A stretch of DNA of 64,000 bases from Octopus vulgaris. Lineage: Eukaryota. The stretch is from assembly GCA_951406725.2 (NCBI GenBank), contig OX597834.1:21638001-21702000 (forward strand), read 5' to 3'. Position 1 is the first letter of the stretch; each line of letters starts with the position of its first letter. This document shows positions 26,455-39,084 of this stretch, piece after piece. Position numbers and translations under genes: made by a program. The notes below the pieces were generated by a model. That model was not told the DNA's origin. It did not search any database and saw only the letters and a program-made list of their open reading frames with translations.

Positions 26455-27556
26455 GCATATATACATACATATATACATACTATACATATATATATATATA
26501 TATACATATACAGCGTGTGTGTGTGTGAGTGTGTCTGTGTGTTTGTACGTATGTGATTTCATGATTCTGTATAATGGCGCAGAATCGGTCACTGAATCTG
26601 TTGATTCTTCCTGTCTTTCGTCCCCCCCCCCCGCCCCATCCCTGTCTTTCTTCATTCCTTCACACTCCCCACCTCCCCCCTCTCCTTCCCCCCATCCCCC
26701 TCTCTCTCTCTCTGCTAAAGTAATCACCAGACAGACAAACATACGCAGCATCTAAGCACAAACCTTTTGCTCTGGTTACACGTTACTGCACTTTAGCTAG
26801 GCCTTTACAACCAAACCCCACCACCCCGACACTCGCTCTACAACACCACTCCTCACCTCTGTCAAACGGAACCGCTCGGCCACCACCCCACCATTCGCTG
26901 TCTCACCTCCCTCCCGCCTCCTCGTAAGCATCGAGGTGTGTCGTGCTGATGATGCACAATATCTGAGAATGTGGCGGGGGGGTGGGAGAGGGATGGGTAG
27001 AAGATTTTTGATAGCATTTAGAAAGAGACCTACCTGAAATAGAGAAAGAGACAGACAAAGGGGGAGATAGAGAAGGAGAGAGAGAGACAGAGATTGAGAT
27101 AGACATACGGAGAGAGGTAGAGACAGCTCGATAGAGAGGGAAGTAGGGGAGAGAGGGAGAGATAGAGGGAAGAAAGAGGGGGTGAGAGGGAGAGGGGGGA
27201 AAGGGATTTTTTATAGCATTTAGAAAGAAACCTACTTGAAATAGAGAGAGACAGACAGACAGACGGAGAGGGGTATAGAGAAGGAGAGAGAGGCAGAGAT
27301 TGAGACAGACATAGAGAGAAGGAGAGAGAGACAGGTAAATAGATACGAAGTCGGTGGAGTGTGAGACTCATCACAACACATGATGTTTAGAAATTCATAT
27401 CGGCATGTCTAAAGAGGTGAAGGGGAGAGGGCCACGGTTTAGACGGGGGGGGGGGGCAGTGGAGGGGGGTATTGAGGGAGGGGGGACAACGAATAGAATA
27501 TGTCTCATTTTGAGATGTCGCAACTTATTATGTTTCATAGGTACATACATACTTAG

Positions 27557-27571
27557 TGATGGTGGTGGAGG

Positions 27572-27602
<31 letters not shown>

Positions 27603-28018
27603 AGTGACAAGGAGGACGATGACGATGATGATAGGGATGGCAATGATAATGATGATAGAGATGATGATGATGATGATGATGATGATGAAAGTGACAATGA
27701 TGATGATGACGATGAAAGTGACGATGATGATGATGATGGCGTTCATGATGATTTAGCTTTTACTACTACTACAACTACTACTACCGGCACCTCCACAATT
27801 ACTACAACTAGTAGTAGTAGTAGTAGTATAACTACTACTACCACTGCGACTACCACCACTGCCATTACTGTCAACACCACCACCACTACTACTACTACTA
27901 CTACTGCCACCCTCACCAACTACACTACTGACACCACCACCACTACTACTACTACTACTACTGCCCCTACTACCACCATTACTATGTCTGCATTACTACT
28001 ACTACTGCTGCTGCTACA
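27557..28018. repeat. Compound (GAT)n then (CTA/CCA)n array
   Basis: Directly visible; source of the 207-aa poly-D/poly-T ORF. Confidence 0.9.
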
Positions 28019-28092
28019 GCGTCACTAATACTCAAAACAGTATTAAATTACAGGAAAAAAGATAAAAGAAAAGAAACTTGAAAACCTCTTAC

Positions 28093-28520
28093 CTGTCGTT
28101 TACACCTGGTGGTGTTGTTGCTGTGTTTGTCTGTGCTGCCTTACCAATCCCTCCTTTCTCCCCCACCCCACCCACCACCACTACCAACGTCACCACAGTC
28201 TGGAACACTACCACCACCACCACCACCACAATCGTCTCCCCATGATCACCACCACAATCGTCTTCCCCCCATGACCACCACCACCACCACCACATTTGTC
28301 TCTCCCCCACAACGAATTCCCCACTACTACCACCATTGTCTCCACCACCCAGCACAATCGTCCCTCCTCCTCCCCCCCCCCCTGTGATCACCACAGCACC
28401 CTCACCATCACCACCACAATAACACAACAATCTCCCCCACCATCACCCACCACCACCACCACCACAAACATCACCCATGCACACCCACCCCACTTCTCTC
28501 TCTCCTTCCACCCTCTTCAT
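28093..28520 (-). other. Candidate exon (possibly non-coding or UTR)
   Basis: tcttttacag| acceptor and strong cag|gtaaga donor, but low-complexity G/T-rich content and an in-frame TGA. Confidence 0.2.
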
Positions 28521-28871
28521 CTGTAAAAGACATCAACAGATGCATAAAATCTGTAAACATTTTGGCATCTGAAAAACTTTCCACAACAAACTGTTGTTGT
28601 TGCTGTTGTTATTGCTATTCAACCCCAGGTAAACAGTCCTGATTGAGTAGACCTATAATTAACAACATTTCAGCTTTGATTGTACTACTCCTTGTCATTT
28701 TTTAGGGCTTTCAAGCACTACACTATCTGAAATAGGGGTTCTTCTTAAGATAATTTTTAAAAATATAAGTTGTCATTTAAGTTGTGATTTATCTGCTATT
28801 TTTAGCACATCAAGTGACCTTTGCTGGTTCTATATAATTGACATTGTTACATAATGAATACATAATAATAA

Positions 28872-29122
28872 ATAAATGCGCCCTTTTAAAGCCTAGCCAG
28901 GCTCATGGGCCCGGTTTCCTGGTTTCTATGGCATATGTGTTCCCCAGCTGGACGGGACGCCAGTCCATCGCAGTGTTACTCATTTTTGCCAGCTGAGTGG
29001 ACTGGAGCAACGTGAAATGAAGTGTTTTGCTCAAGAACACAACGCGTCGCCCGGTCCAGGAATCGAAACCACAATCTTACAATCATGATGCTGACACCCT
29101 AACCACTCAGCCACGTGCCTCT
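28872..29122 (-). mobile_element. tRNA-derived SINE (family C-related head), well preserved
   Basis: Minus strand: gaggcacgtggctgagtggttagggtgtcagc...gtttcgattcctggaccggg, (TTA)n tail. Confidence 0.85.
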
Positions 29123-29149
29123 TAGTAGTAGTAGTAGATGTTATTTATG

Positions 29150-30087
29150 CTCTAGGTTCAAATTCTGATACGGTCAACTTTGCTTTTCATCTCCCTGCGG
29201 CTCGATCGGTCAAGTACCAGTGTCATTCTGATCGATTACAACCCTTCCACCTTCCCTTAAAATTGCTTCCTTTCTTCCTGTACTAGAAACTATTATTGTT
29301 GTTATTATTCCGAGTTCAAATACCGCCAAGGTGGACTTTGCCTTTCATCCTTTCACCAGTCAATAAATTAAGTACTAATGAAACCCTGGGGGTCAATGTA
29401 ATCAACTAGTCCTCCTCCCCCAAAATTTCAGGCCTTGTGCCTATGGTAGAAAGGCAGTATTAAGGCAGTGAGCTGGGAAAATTGTTGGCACACTGGGAAG
29501 AATGCTTACCATCATTTCATCCATCCTTACGTTCTGAGTTCAAATTCTGCTGAGGTCAACTTTACCTTTCATCATTTCAAGGTCAATAAAATAAGTACCA
29601 GTTACGCACTGAGGTTGATGTAATCGATTATTCCCCCACTCACAAATTGCAGGCCTTGTACCTATGGTATCTCTTTCTCTCTTTTACTTGTTTCAGTCAT
29701 TTGACTGCGGCCATGCTGGAGCACCGCCTTTAGTCGAGCAAATCGACCCTGGACTTATTTTTGTAAGCCCAGTACTTATTCTATCGGTCTTTTTTGCCGA
29801 ACCGCTAAGTGACTGGGACGTAAACACACCAGCATCGGTATTATTATTATTATTATCATCATTATTATTATCATTATTCATCATCATCATCATCATCATC
29901 GTTTAATGTCTGCTTTCCATGCTAACATGAGCTCACAAGGCTTTGGTCGGCCCAAGGCTATAGCAGAAGACACTTGCCCAAGATGCCATGCAGTGGGACT
30001 GAACCCAGAACCATGTGGTTGGTTAGCAAGCTACTTACCAAACAGCCACTCCTGCGCCTATAGAAAGGATTATTATTATTATTATTA

Positions 30088-30126
<39 letters not shown>

Positions 30127-30866
30127 GCATACCAGAAAATGCTTAAAGGCATTTCATCTGTTTTCGCGTACTGAGGTCAAATTCTGCCAATGTCAGCTCT
30201 GGGTTCAATAAAATGAATACCAGTTAAATAATGGGGGTTGATGTGATTGACTTACCTTCCTCCTCCCTTAAAATTGCTGGTCTTGTGCCGAAATTTAAAG
30301 CCATTGTTATTAGTGCAGTGGTAAGGACTTTCATGTGTCACTCAAGATGCATTCTATTATTTCTGCATTATTTGAACTCAAATCAGACCAGGTTCAAATT
30401 TACCTTAAGGCGGTAAACAAGCAAAATCGTTTGCTCGCCGGACAAAGTGTAAAATATCAGTGGCATTTCATCTGTCCATATGCTCTGAGTTCAAATCCTA
30501 CATGGGCCAGCTTTGATTTTCATCCTTTTAGAGTCGATAAATTAAATACCAGTCAAAAACTAGGGGGTGATGTAGTCGCCTTACCTCCTCCTCCGAAATT
30601 GCTGGCCTTGTGCCAAAACTTGTTACCATTAATTATTTCTTTATTGCCCACAGGGGGCTAAACATAGAGGGGAAAAGCAAGGACAGACAAAGGGCTTAAG
30701 TCGGTTACATCGACCCCAGTGCGTAACTGGTACTTAATTTATCGACCCCGAAAGGATGAAAGGCAAAGTCGACCTCGGCGGAATTTGAACTCAGAACGTA
30801 ACAGCAGCCGAAATACCGCTAAGCATTTCGCCCGACGTGCTAACGATTCTGCCAGCTCGCCGCCGT
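29150..30866. mobile_element. Dense cluster of family B SINEs (both strands) with a split family A SINE at ~29681-30058(-)
   Basis: Repeated ttcaaattc...ctttcatc cores; near-consensus minus-strand copy at 30634-30866. Confidence 0.8.
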
Positions 30867-31289
30867 TATCAATGTGAGTCATCTGATTCCTGCTCTTTCA
30901 TCGTTCGTTCGTTCCGGCTGAACTCACAAACCCGATTAACTACAACCACTACCCACAACCACCACCATAACTCTAACCACCGCTGCCACCACCTCCACTA
31001 CTGCCAACCATTTACTCAACCCCACTGTCATCGCATCTTAAGATCGCTGTGTTATTTTTCAATGCATGAATTATTTACATGTGTTTGACAGTAAATTATA
31101 AATACGTTCGTCCACATCTTCACAGCCTTACTCTCCCCCTCCACCACCACCACCACCACACATCCAACTTGTAATATTACACACAAACACACACGTGTAC
31201 ACATGCACACACACACACACACACGCACGCACGCATGCTTTTGTTCATTTCCTTGGAATCGAATCATTCCCTTTAATTCTTCTGCTTTC

Positions 31290-32077
31290 GAAATACCTAT
31301 TTCTTTATTACCCACAAGGGGGGTTAAACATAGAGGGGACAAACAAGGACAGACAAAGGGATTAAGTCGATTACATCAACCCCAGTGCGTAACTGGTGCT
31401 TAATTTATCGACCCCGAAAGGATGAAAGGCAAAGTCAACCTCGGCGGAATTTGAACTCACAACGTAACGACAGACGAAATACCTATTTCTTTACTACCCA
31501 CAAGGGGCTAAACATAGAGGAGACAAACAAGGACGGACAAAGAGATTAAGTCGATTACATCGACCCCAGTGTGTAACTGGTGCTTAATTTATCGACCCCG
31601 AAAGGATGAAAGGCAAAGTCAACCTCGGCGGAATTTGAACTCACAACGTAACGACAGACGAAATACCTATTTTTTTATTACCCACAAGGGGCTAAACATA
31701 GAGGGGACAAACAAGGACGGACAAAGAGATTAAGTCGATTACATCGACCCCAGTGTGTAACTGGTGCTTAATTTATCGACCCCGAAAGGATGAAAGGCAA
31801 AGTCAACCTCGGCAGAATTTGAACTCACAACGTAACGACAGACGAAATACCTATTTCTTTACTACCCACAAGGGGCTAAACATAGAGGGGACAAACAAGG
31901 ACAGACAAAGGGATTAAGTCGATTACATCGACCCCCAGTGCGTAACTGGTACTTAATTTATCGACCCCGAAAGGATGAAAGGCAAAGTCAACCTCGGCGG
32001 AATTTGAACTCACAACGTAACGACAGACGAAGTACCGCTAAGCATTTCATCCGGCGTGCTAACGATTCTGCCAGCTT
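31290..32077 (-). repeat. Tandem array of four ~185-bp family B SINE bodies behind a single tRNA-like head
   Basis: Units begin gaaatacctatt at 31290, 31476, 31660 and 31844; head segment 32029-32077. Confidence 0.95.
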
Positions 32078-32255
32078 GAAATAGCGTTGATGCCGTCAAA
32101 CCATAAGCCACAAATTTTTGAAGTAAAATTGGAAAACTGGAAGATGAGAACCTGAATAAGCAGTGACGCACTCAGACGTCACTGCTGATTTTTAAAATTG
32201 ATTTGAGGGCGGGCAGGGGTTGGCAGAGGGGAGTGGTTGTGTGATATAAGCTGTC

Positions 32256-32847
32256 TTTTACTTGTTTCAGTCATTAGACTGTGGCCATGCTGGAGCACCG
32301 CCTCTATGAATTTTTAGCTGATGGAATTCACCCCAGTACTCTTTTTTTTTCTTTCTTTTAAGCCCGGAACTTATTCTATCAGCCTTTTTTGCTGAACCGC
32401 TAAGTTTCAGGGATATAAACATACCAACACTGGTTGTCAAGTGATGGTGGTGGGGAGAGGGGGAACAATCTCTCTCTCTTTCTCACACACACATACACAC
32501 ACACACACATATATATAGAATGGGCTTCTTTCAGTTTCCATCTACTAAATCCACTTGCAAGGCATTGGTTGGCCCAAGGTTATAGTAGAAGACACTTGCC
32601 CAAGGTGCCATGCAATGAGGCAGAACCTGGAACCATGTGGTTGGGAAGCAAGCTTCTTACCACACACATAGCATATATATATATATATATATATATGGGC
32701 TTCTTTCAGCTTCCATCTACTAAATCCACTTGCAAGGCATTGGTTGGCCCAAGGTTAATAGAAGACACTTGCCCAAGGTGCCATGCAATGAGGCAGAACC
32801 TGGAACCATGTGGTTGGGAAGCAAGCTTCTTACCACATAGCCATACC

Positions 32848-32893
<46 letters not shown>

Positions 32894-33052
32894 ACAAGCT
32901 TCTTTCAGTTTCCATCTACCAAATCCACTCACAAGGCTTTGGTTGGCCCAAGGCTCTAATAGAAGACACTTAGCCAAGGTGCCATGCAATGAGACTGAAC
33001 CTGGAACCATGTGGCTTCGAAGTAAGCTTCTTACATCACAGCCATGCCTGCA
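32256..33052 (-). mobile_element. Family A SINE with triplicated 5' half
   Basis: gcttctttcagtttccatctac...cttcttaccac at ~32522, 32698 and 32897, separated by (TA)n. Confidence 0.85.
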
Positions 33053-33099
33053 CCGGTGTGTGTGAAGGAGGACATATTTATGGTGTTTTAAATGGTTTA

Positions 33100-33636
33100 T
33101 TGTTGAATATTTTCAGTGAATTACATTGAAATGTCTATGGTGGTCAGTTTAAACATAATGGTTTTTATCGGTTTAGCCATTAAATATTTATGATTTCTAT
33201 TCCAATATTTCCATTGATTTACAGTTAAGCATTTCATTAGTCTAGTGTTAGATATTCTCATTGGTTTATGGTTAAATATTTTCATTGATTTTTTTTTTAA
33301 ATATTTTTTTTAAATATTATCTTTAAATTCTCATGATTTATGGTTAAATATTTTCATAGATTTGTGATTAAATATCTATTGGTTTATGGTTAAATATTTT
33401 CATTGATTTTTTAAAAAATATTTTTTTGAATATTATCTTTAAATTCTCATGATTTATGGTTAAATATTTTCATAGATCTGTGATTAAATATCTATTGGTT
33501 TATGATTAAATATTTTCATGAGTTTACAGTCAAATATTTTCATTGGCTTATGCTTGAATATTAACGAGTAATAATTAAAAATTCATTGTCTGTGATTAAA
33601 TATTTTCATTGGTTTATGGTTAAATATTTTCATTGA
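33100..33636. repeat. AT-rich minisatellite (~23-bp unit ttcattggtttatggttaaatatt) with a ~120-bp higher-order duplication
   Basis: Unit recurs throughout; ~33258-33378 is repeated at ~33377-33497. Confidence 0.8.
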
Positions 33637-33809
33637 TGGATTGCTTTACTGTCTGCTCTGCAAGATACTGTCCAGCCAATTAATGGCATGTTTCACGTTA
33701 ATATACCTTACAAGTGAAATTTATATATGTATACTTATATATGTGTATGTATATGGTAAATATATATACTGACAGGTCAAATTAGCCCAACCAACAAGTG
33801 ATTGAGTAG

Positions 33810-33860
33810 TCACTGCTGATGAGCCTGCAACTGATAGGCAAAACTAGTCTAGTCCAGTGA
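33810..33860 (+). ncRNA. Type I hammerhead motif with one core substitution
   Basis: tcactg CTGATGA gcct gcaactgat aggc AAAA ctag t ctag TC cagtga. GAAA is mutated to AAAA; all helices intact. Confidence 0.65.
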
Positions 33861-34175
33861 TCCTGAAGTTACTCATGGGATGGTTATCTCTCCTGTCAAT
33901 GTATGTGTGTGTGTGTGTGTGTGTGTATATATCAGCCGAAATTGCGAAGATGATCCGGTTCTTGACTGATGACTGAGAGCTTCAAAAGTCCCGTCCGTGT
34001 TTTTTGTGTCGTCTTCTAAATGTTTCACGTTCTTGTCCCAGTTTGTATATTTTTTTACTTTTACATATATATATATATATATATATTGTATGCTTCATAC
34101 AGCATTAAGAATTTTTAACTCTTATTTTTTGCAATATAGGTACTTCAGCACTCTCAGTCACACTTAGAGACAATG

Positions 34176-34228
<53 letters not shown>

Positions 34229-34251
34229 ATGTATATGTATATTTACACACA

Positions 34252-34316
<65 letters not shown>

Positions 34317-34472
34317 CCACTAGCACAGTCCCAAATATCATACCTTCTTTAAATCTGATAATTGTTTTAAAATATTCAATGAAATCAGTTTTCCAAAGTC
34401 ATCAAGAATTGCAGGGTTTGATTCTCAACAGGTGGCTACCTTTTTGCATTAAAAATCCTACCAACAGCATCC

Positions 34473-34551
<79 letters not shown>

Positions 34552-35754
34552 ATTATTATTATTATCATTATTATTATTAATATCATTCAGCCTTTTTTAC
34601 AAATGCTACCTTCCACTCCAGCATGTCTGTATGCTGAGTTATATTTATTCTTAGTTTAGCTCCACTACCAATGCGGTTCACAATGGTTATGCTGCCAGCT
34701 TCCACAGAAGCTGATTTTGCCCGCAACATTACACCAACTAATCTTTCCTTTCGCATTGATTAAAAGTGAAAAAAAAAAAAAAAACTGCAGTAAACTAAAG
34801 AATTCCTCACCAAGTCAAAAATCCCCATAGTGATTGGAACATTTGTTTAGCTTGTGCAGTCATGTGTTAGAACTGGTCAGTTTTATCTGTTCCTTTTGTT
34901 TTCACCTTTTTAATAGCATATTTCTTTGTTGAACTTTCCAATTTTGTTTTAGATTCCTCATTGAATTAATTTAAATTAATCAAACAAATGGATAGAAAAA
35001 AATAATGAAATAAATTTTAAATTAATCAGTTGCCTCAAAGTGTCATTTTTAAAAATGAGTTTTTAAAATATTTAAATAACCAATAAACCAAAAATAGAAA
35101 AAGGAATTACGTTTTTTTTTTATCAAAATCAAGAAGAAAATATTGCAATGGTTAAAGCATTAAACTCTTTACATTAAAATGGTTTTATCATGCTTAATAC
35201 TTGATTAAATTAGTGTGTTGTTCCGGTGATGTTTTCCATACCAAAATATTATCAGAATTTCTAGCGACTACATTCACATGGTTGTACCACCAATTTTATG
35301 AAAATCTGCAAAAAAAATTTTAATTTATAGAAAATGGAAAGAAAATATTAATAAAATGGGAATTAGCACTAATGACCGAAGTAGCTTTATGAACACTCCA
35401 TTCAATTTCTAGCTGAGAAAACTGATTGAAAATTTTTTTTGCCAATCAATTGATATACATCCCCCACACTTTATTTAATTGGGGTTTTTTTTTTAGGTTA
35501 CTGGGGTTACAGCTAATAAAAATTATTTAAAATTTTCTTTCCAATTTATGGAGCCTGTATCATTATGAATAATAAGTCTGGTCAAGCCAAAACTAATCTG
35601 CTCCAGGTAATCTTGTAAACCTGTGATATTTGTTACATGGTTGGGTTGTCAGTGACTAAATTGGCAATGTCAGTCATGGGTGTCATCTCAATCTTGCCCT
35701 GGTGCATGGAAGGTGGACAAGACACCTGACAGAACCAAATATATAAATGCATAC

Positions 35755-35786
<32 letters not shown>

Positions 35787-35924
35787 GTGGTTAATGTTGT
35801 TATCGTGCAATGCCTGTGCAAGAAGATTTTTTTTAAAGTGAGGAAAGGCTGTGCACTGAGTCAATCCCACTCACTAAGCAACAGCAGCCATAATCCGAAA
35901 AGAAGAACAAGTCAACATCATCGG

Positions 35925-35985
35925 TGATGTGTAGTTTTAGGGAATCACACAGACAGACACACATTCTCAGTTTTATATATATAGA
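35925..35985 (-). mobile_element. Helitron 5' fragment
   Basis: Minus strand a|tctatatatataaaactgagaatgtgtgtctgtctgtgtgattccctaaaact matches the start of 51093-52279. Confidence 0.7.
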
Positions 35986-36921
35986 TATGCATACAGATGT
36001 ATATGATATTATTTGTTTTCCATACCAGGTGTGAGTAGCCATGTTGATCCCTCTGCAGGAACCTGCCCCACCCTCCTCCCCCCGATAGCAATCTTCTCCT
36101 CCCCAAACATGAAGCTAAACCAACCCCCACCTTCCCCAAGGTTTCTAGTCCTGCAAACATCATGGCAACCTCAATAGTGCACATGCCATGTAGAAGAGCA
36201 CCCCGTCCATGCAGTAAAAATGGTTGGCACTAAGAAAAGGCATCCGGATGTAAAATCTGAAACAGACTCTAGCACCCAATGCAGCCCATGGATGCATCGG
36301 TGGTTATCAAACTGTCCAACCCATACCAGCAAGGAACACGGACGTTCAATGATCTTGATGATGAAAGAGAAATGCATGAATTTTACATTCCAATTGACAT
36401 GATTCACACCCAGAATGTGTTTCCTCACATGGCTTGAAGGAGAATTTCTCCTGGAACTATTTCTGCTGTGGAAGGTCTAAAAGAAACCCGTCGTGTATCA
36501 TCATCATCATCATCATCATTTAACGTCTGTTGTCCATGCTAGCATGGGTTGGACGGTTTTACCAGGGCTGGTAAGTTGAGGGGCTGCACCAGACTCCAGT
36601 CTGATTTGGCATGGTTTCTACAGCTGGATGCCCTTCCTAATGCCATCCACTCCGATATGTGTGTGTATATATATATATATATATATACAGATATAGGGTA
36701 AATATAATTAATTTAATAAAATCAATAAATTTCACCTAGTAGTATTTCGGTATGGAAAAGGATCATATTCGTTAAAAATTTATATAATTATAATAATAAT
36801 ATATATATTTTTATAACAAGTGTGCTTAAACCACATATCGAAAATATTAGAAATATTTTCGGTATGTATTTAACAATGTATACATATACATATATTATAT
36901 ATAATTATATATATATATATT

Positions 36922-36956
<35 letters not shown>

Positions 36957-36965
<9 letters not shown>

Positions 36966-37173
36966 TGCTAAAGAGTTCATGACTTTAAGGATATCTTGAA
37001 GGCTTCATTGGAGGCCCAAACTTCTAAGTTCTTTTACAGGCCTTAGAAAAACTGAAGGACTACTGCAATAAGTGTATGAATCTGGGAGGGAAATATGTTG
37101 AATAAAATCATAATTAACTGATTCCTCCTGTATTTTCTTTTACCCAAAGCCAGGAAATTTTCAGCACCCTCGT
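36957..37173 (+). mobile_element. Mariner-derived MITE
   Basis: Degenerate TIRs (gagagagtgctaaagagttc / aaattttcagcaccctcg); internal aagtgtatgaatctgggagggaaatatgttgaataa = KCMNLGGKYVE*, like mariner transposase C-termini. Confidence 0.65.
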
Positions 37174-37921
37174 GTATGTTGTGCATCTTTGTGTGTGTGT
37201 GTGTCTATGTGTGTGTCAATGTGTATGTGTTTGACCTTCGCCAAAGCTTGACAACTGGTGTTGGTTTGTTTGCATCCTTATAGCTTGACAGTTCCGCAAA
37301 ATGCCAAATGGAACAAATATCATGCTCAAAATTTAAGTACTCGTATTGATTTGTTCGAAGTGGTGCCCCAGTATGGCCACAGCCCAATGACTGAAACCAG
37401 CAAAAGGATAAAATATAAATGTGACATTAGGTTCTTCTCGCATGACTTCCTGATCTCGGTGACAAATCAATGCTGGTTCGTTATTGATTAGTTTAATAAC
37501 GCGAACTGTGATTAGTGACGCAGCTATGGGCTTGAATTAGAAATCAAGAGACACTTAAAGGGAACTATCGCAAAAAACACTGTCAAAACAAATAAATAAA
37601 TAATAACCGCCCCCTTCCAGCTAGAGTAATTTCCTTTGGAAATATTGGTCCCATGAAGCTTTGGTATTTGGTTGGGGTGGAATTTTCACTTCATTATATA
37701 ATAATTTAATTACTTCGGGTCGGTGGAGGCAGGAGAGGGAACTTGCATTAGATTTTGATTCTTTGCTGATTGCTGTCACCATCATTAAAATAACAAGCCT
37801 TATGGTTATTACTCATTATAATTCTCATTACTATTAGTTATTAATATTACTGACATTATAATTATTGTTCTTGTTGTTATTGCTGTTGCTGTTATTCTTC
37901 TTCTTATTATTATTATTATTA

Positions 37922-37992
<71 letters not shown>

Positions 37993-37993
<1 letters not shown>

Positions 37994-38190
37994 GGATGGT
38001 GAGCTGGTAGAATCGTTAGCACGCCAGGCGAAATGCTTAGCTGTATTTCGTCTGTCTTGATATTCTCAGTTCAAATTCCGCCGAAATTAATTTTGCTTCT
38101 CATTCTTTCGGGGTCAATAAATTAAGTACCAGCTGCATACTGGAGTTGATTTAATCGACTGGCCTCCTCCCCCAAAATTTAGGGCCTTGT
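37993..38190 (+). mobile_element. SINE family B after (TTA)n
   Basis: gagctggtagaatcgttagcacgccaggcgaaatgcttag head. Confidence 0.85.
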
Positions 38191-38224
38191 GACACCAGCA
38201 TCAGCCATATATATAATTGTAACT

Positions 38225-38419
38225 GCATGTGTACCGTTGGCGATTTTTTTTCCTCTGTCTTCCCTTCTCTAGATCTTTCCTTCTCCTATGTTTCCGACGA
38301 AGAGCTCCACTCGAAACGTTAAACCCTCCTTCTTTCCTGAGCGTCCAATAATACTATATTTGTTCCACGTACTCGCGTTGTTGTGCTTTCTCTTTGTGTT
38401 TTCATGTTTGGATTAACTT

Positions 38420-38425
<6 letters not shown>
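38225..38425 (+). mobile_element. Penelope-like terminal repeat with hammerhead motif at 38290-38324
   Basis: gttt CCGACGA a gag ctcca ctc GAAA cg TT aaac. Near-identical copy at 63120-63300 and a decayed copy at ~18085-18215; ends in (TA)n. Confidence 0.65.
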
Positions 38426-38457
<32 letters not shown>

Positions 38458-39084
38458 ATGGGCTTCTTTCAGTTTCAGTCTTCCAAATCCACTGACATGG
38501 CAATGGTTGGCTTGGCACTATAGTAAAAGGCACCTGTCAAAGGTGCTGCACAATGGCACTGAACCCAAAATCACATGGTTAGGAAGCAAGCCTCCTAACC
38601 ACTCAGCTACACATGTACCTCTACAAATTTTTCTTATCTTCCCATCTCCTACAAATTATTCTCTCCTCGCTTTTCCTACACTTCTTATTCCCCTGGGTCT
38701 ATTTAGAATGTTTCATGAGGTACTTCAACGATCTACCTACACCAATCCTTTAATTCATCACATCATTCTTATTCCACACCTGTCTGTGATTAAATATTTG
38801 TAGGTCTTTTTTATTACTCATACCTGTCCTTCCAGCATCTCTTTTTGCTTCATCACTCAGGCCGTTGCCCACCTATTAAAACCATTTTTTCTACACCTGG
38901 TTACCCCCCACCTCTTCCTCTTCTTTTCTTTTATCTTTTTCTTCTATTCCCCTACCCCCTTGTCTCATCTCCACCCCCTGGTACGTTCTTCAGGCTTGTT
39001 TGTTAAGTGCTGCCATCTTCGTTTCCTTTTTGCATTACTCACACACCTTTTTAATGGGGTCTGCTTTTAGAGAGAGAATGCGTA

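Noticed and set aside
26548-26592. Hairpin gattctgt...gcagaatc as a pre-miRNA
   Set aside because: Stem too short and bulged; no recognised mature miRNA.
27405-28028. 207-aa acidic/Thr-rich mucin-like ORF
   Set aside because: Built from (GAT)n and (CTA)n tracts like others in the window; no supporting splice or domain signal.
31290-32077. CRISPR-like array
   Set aside because: Whole units are repeated with no unique spacers; eukaryotic SINE sequence.
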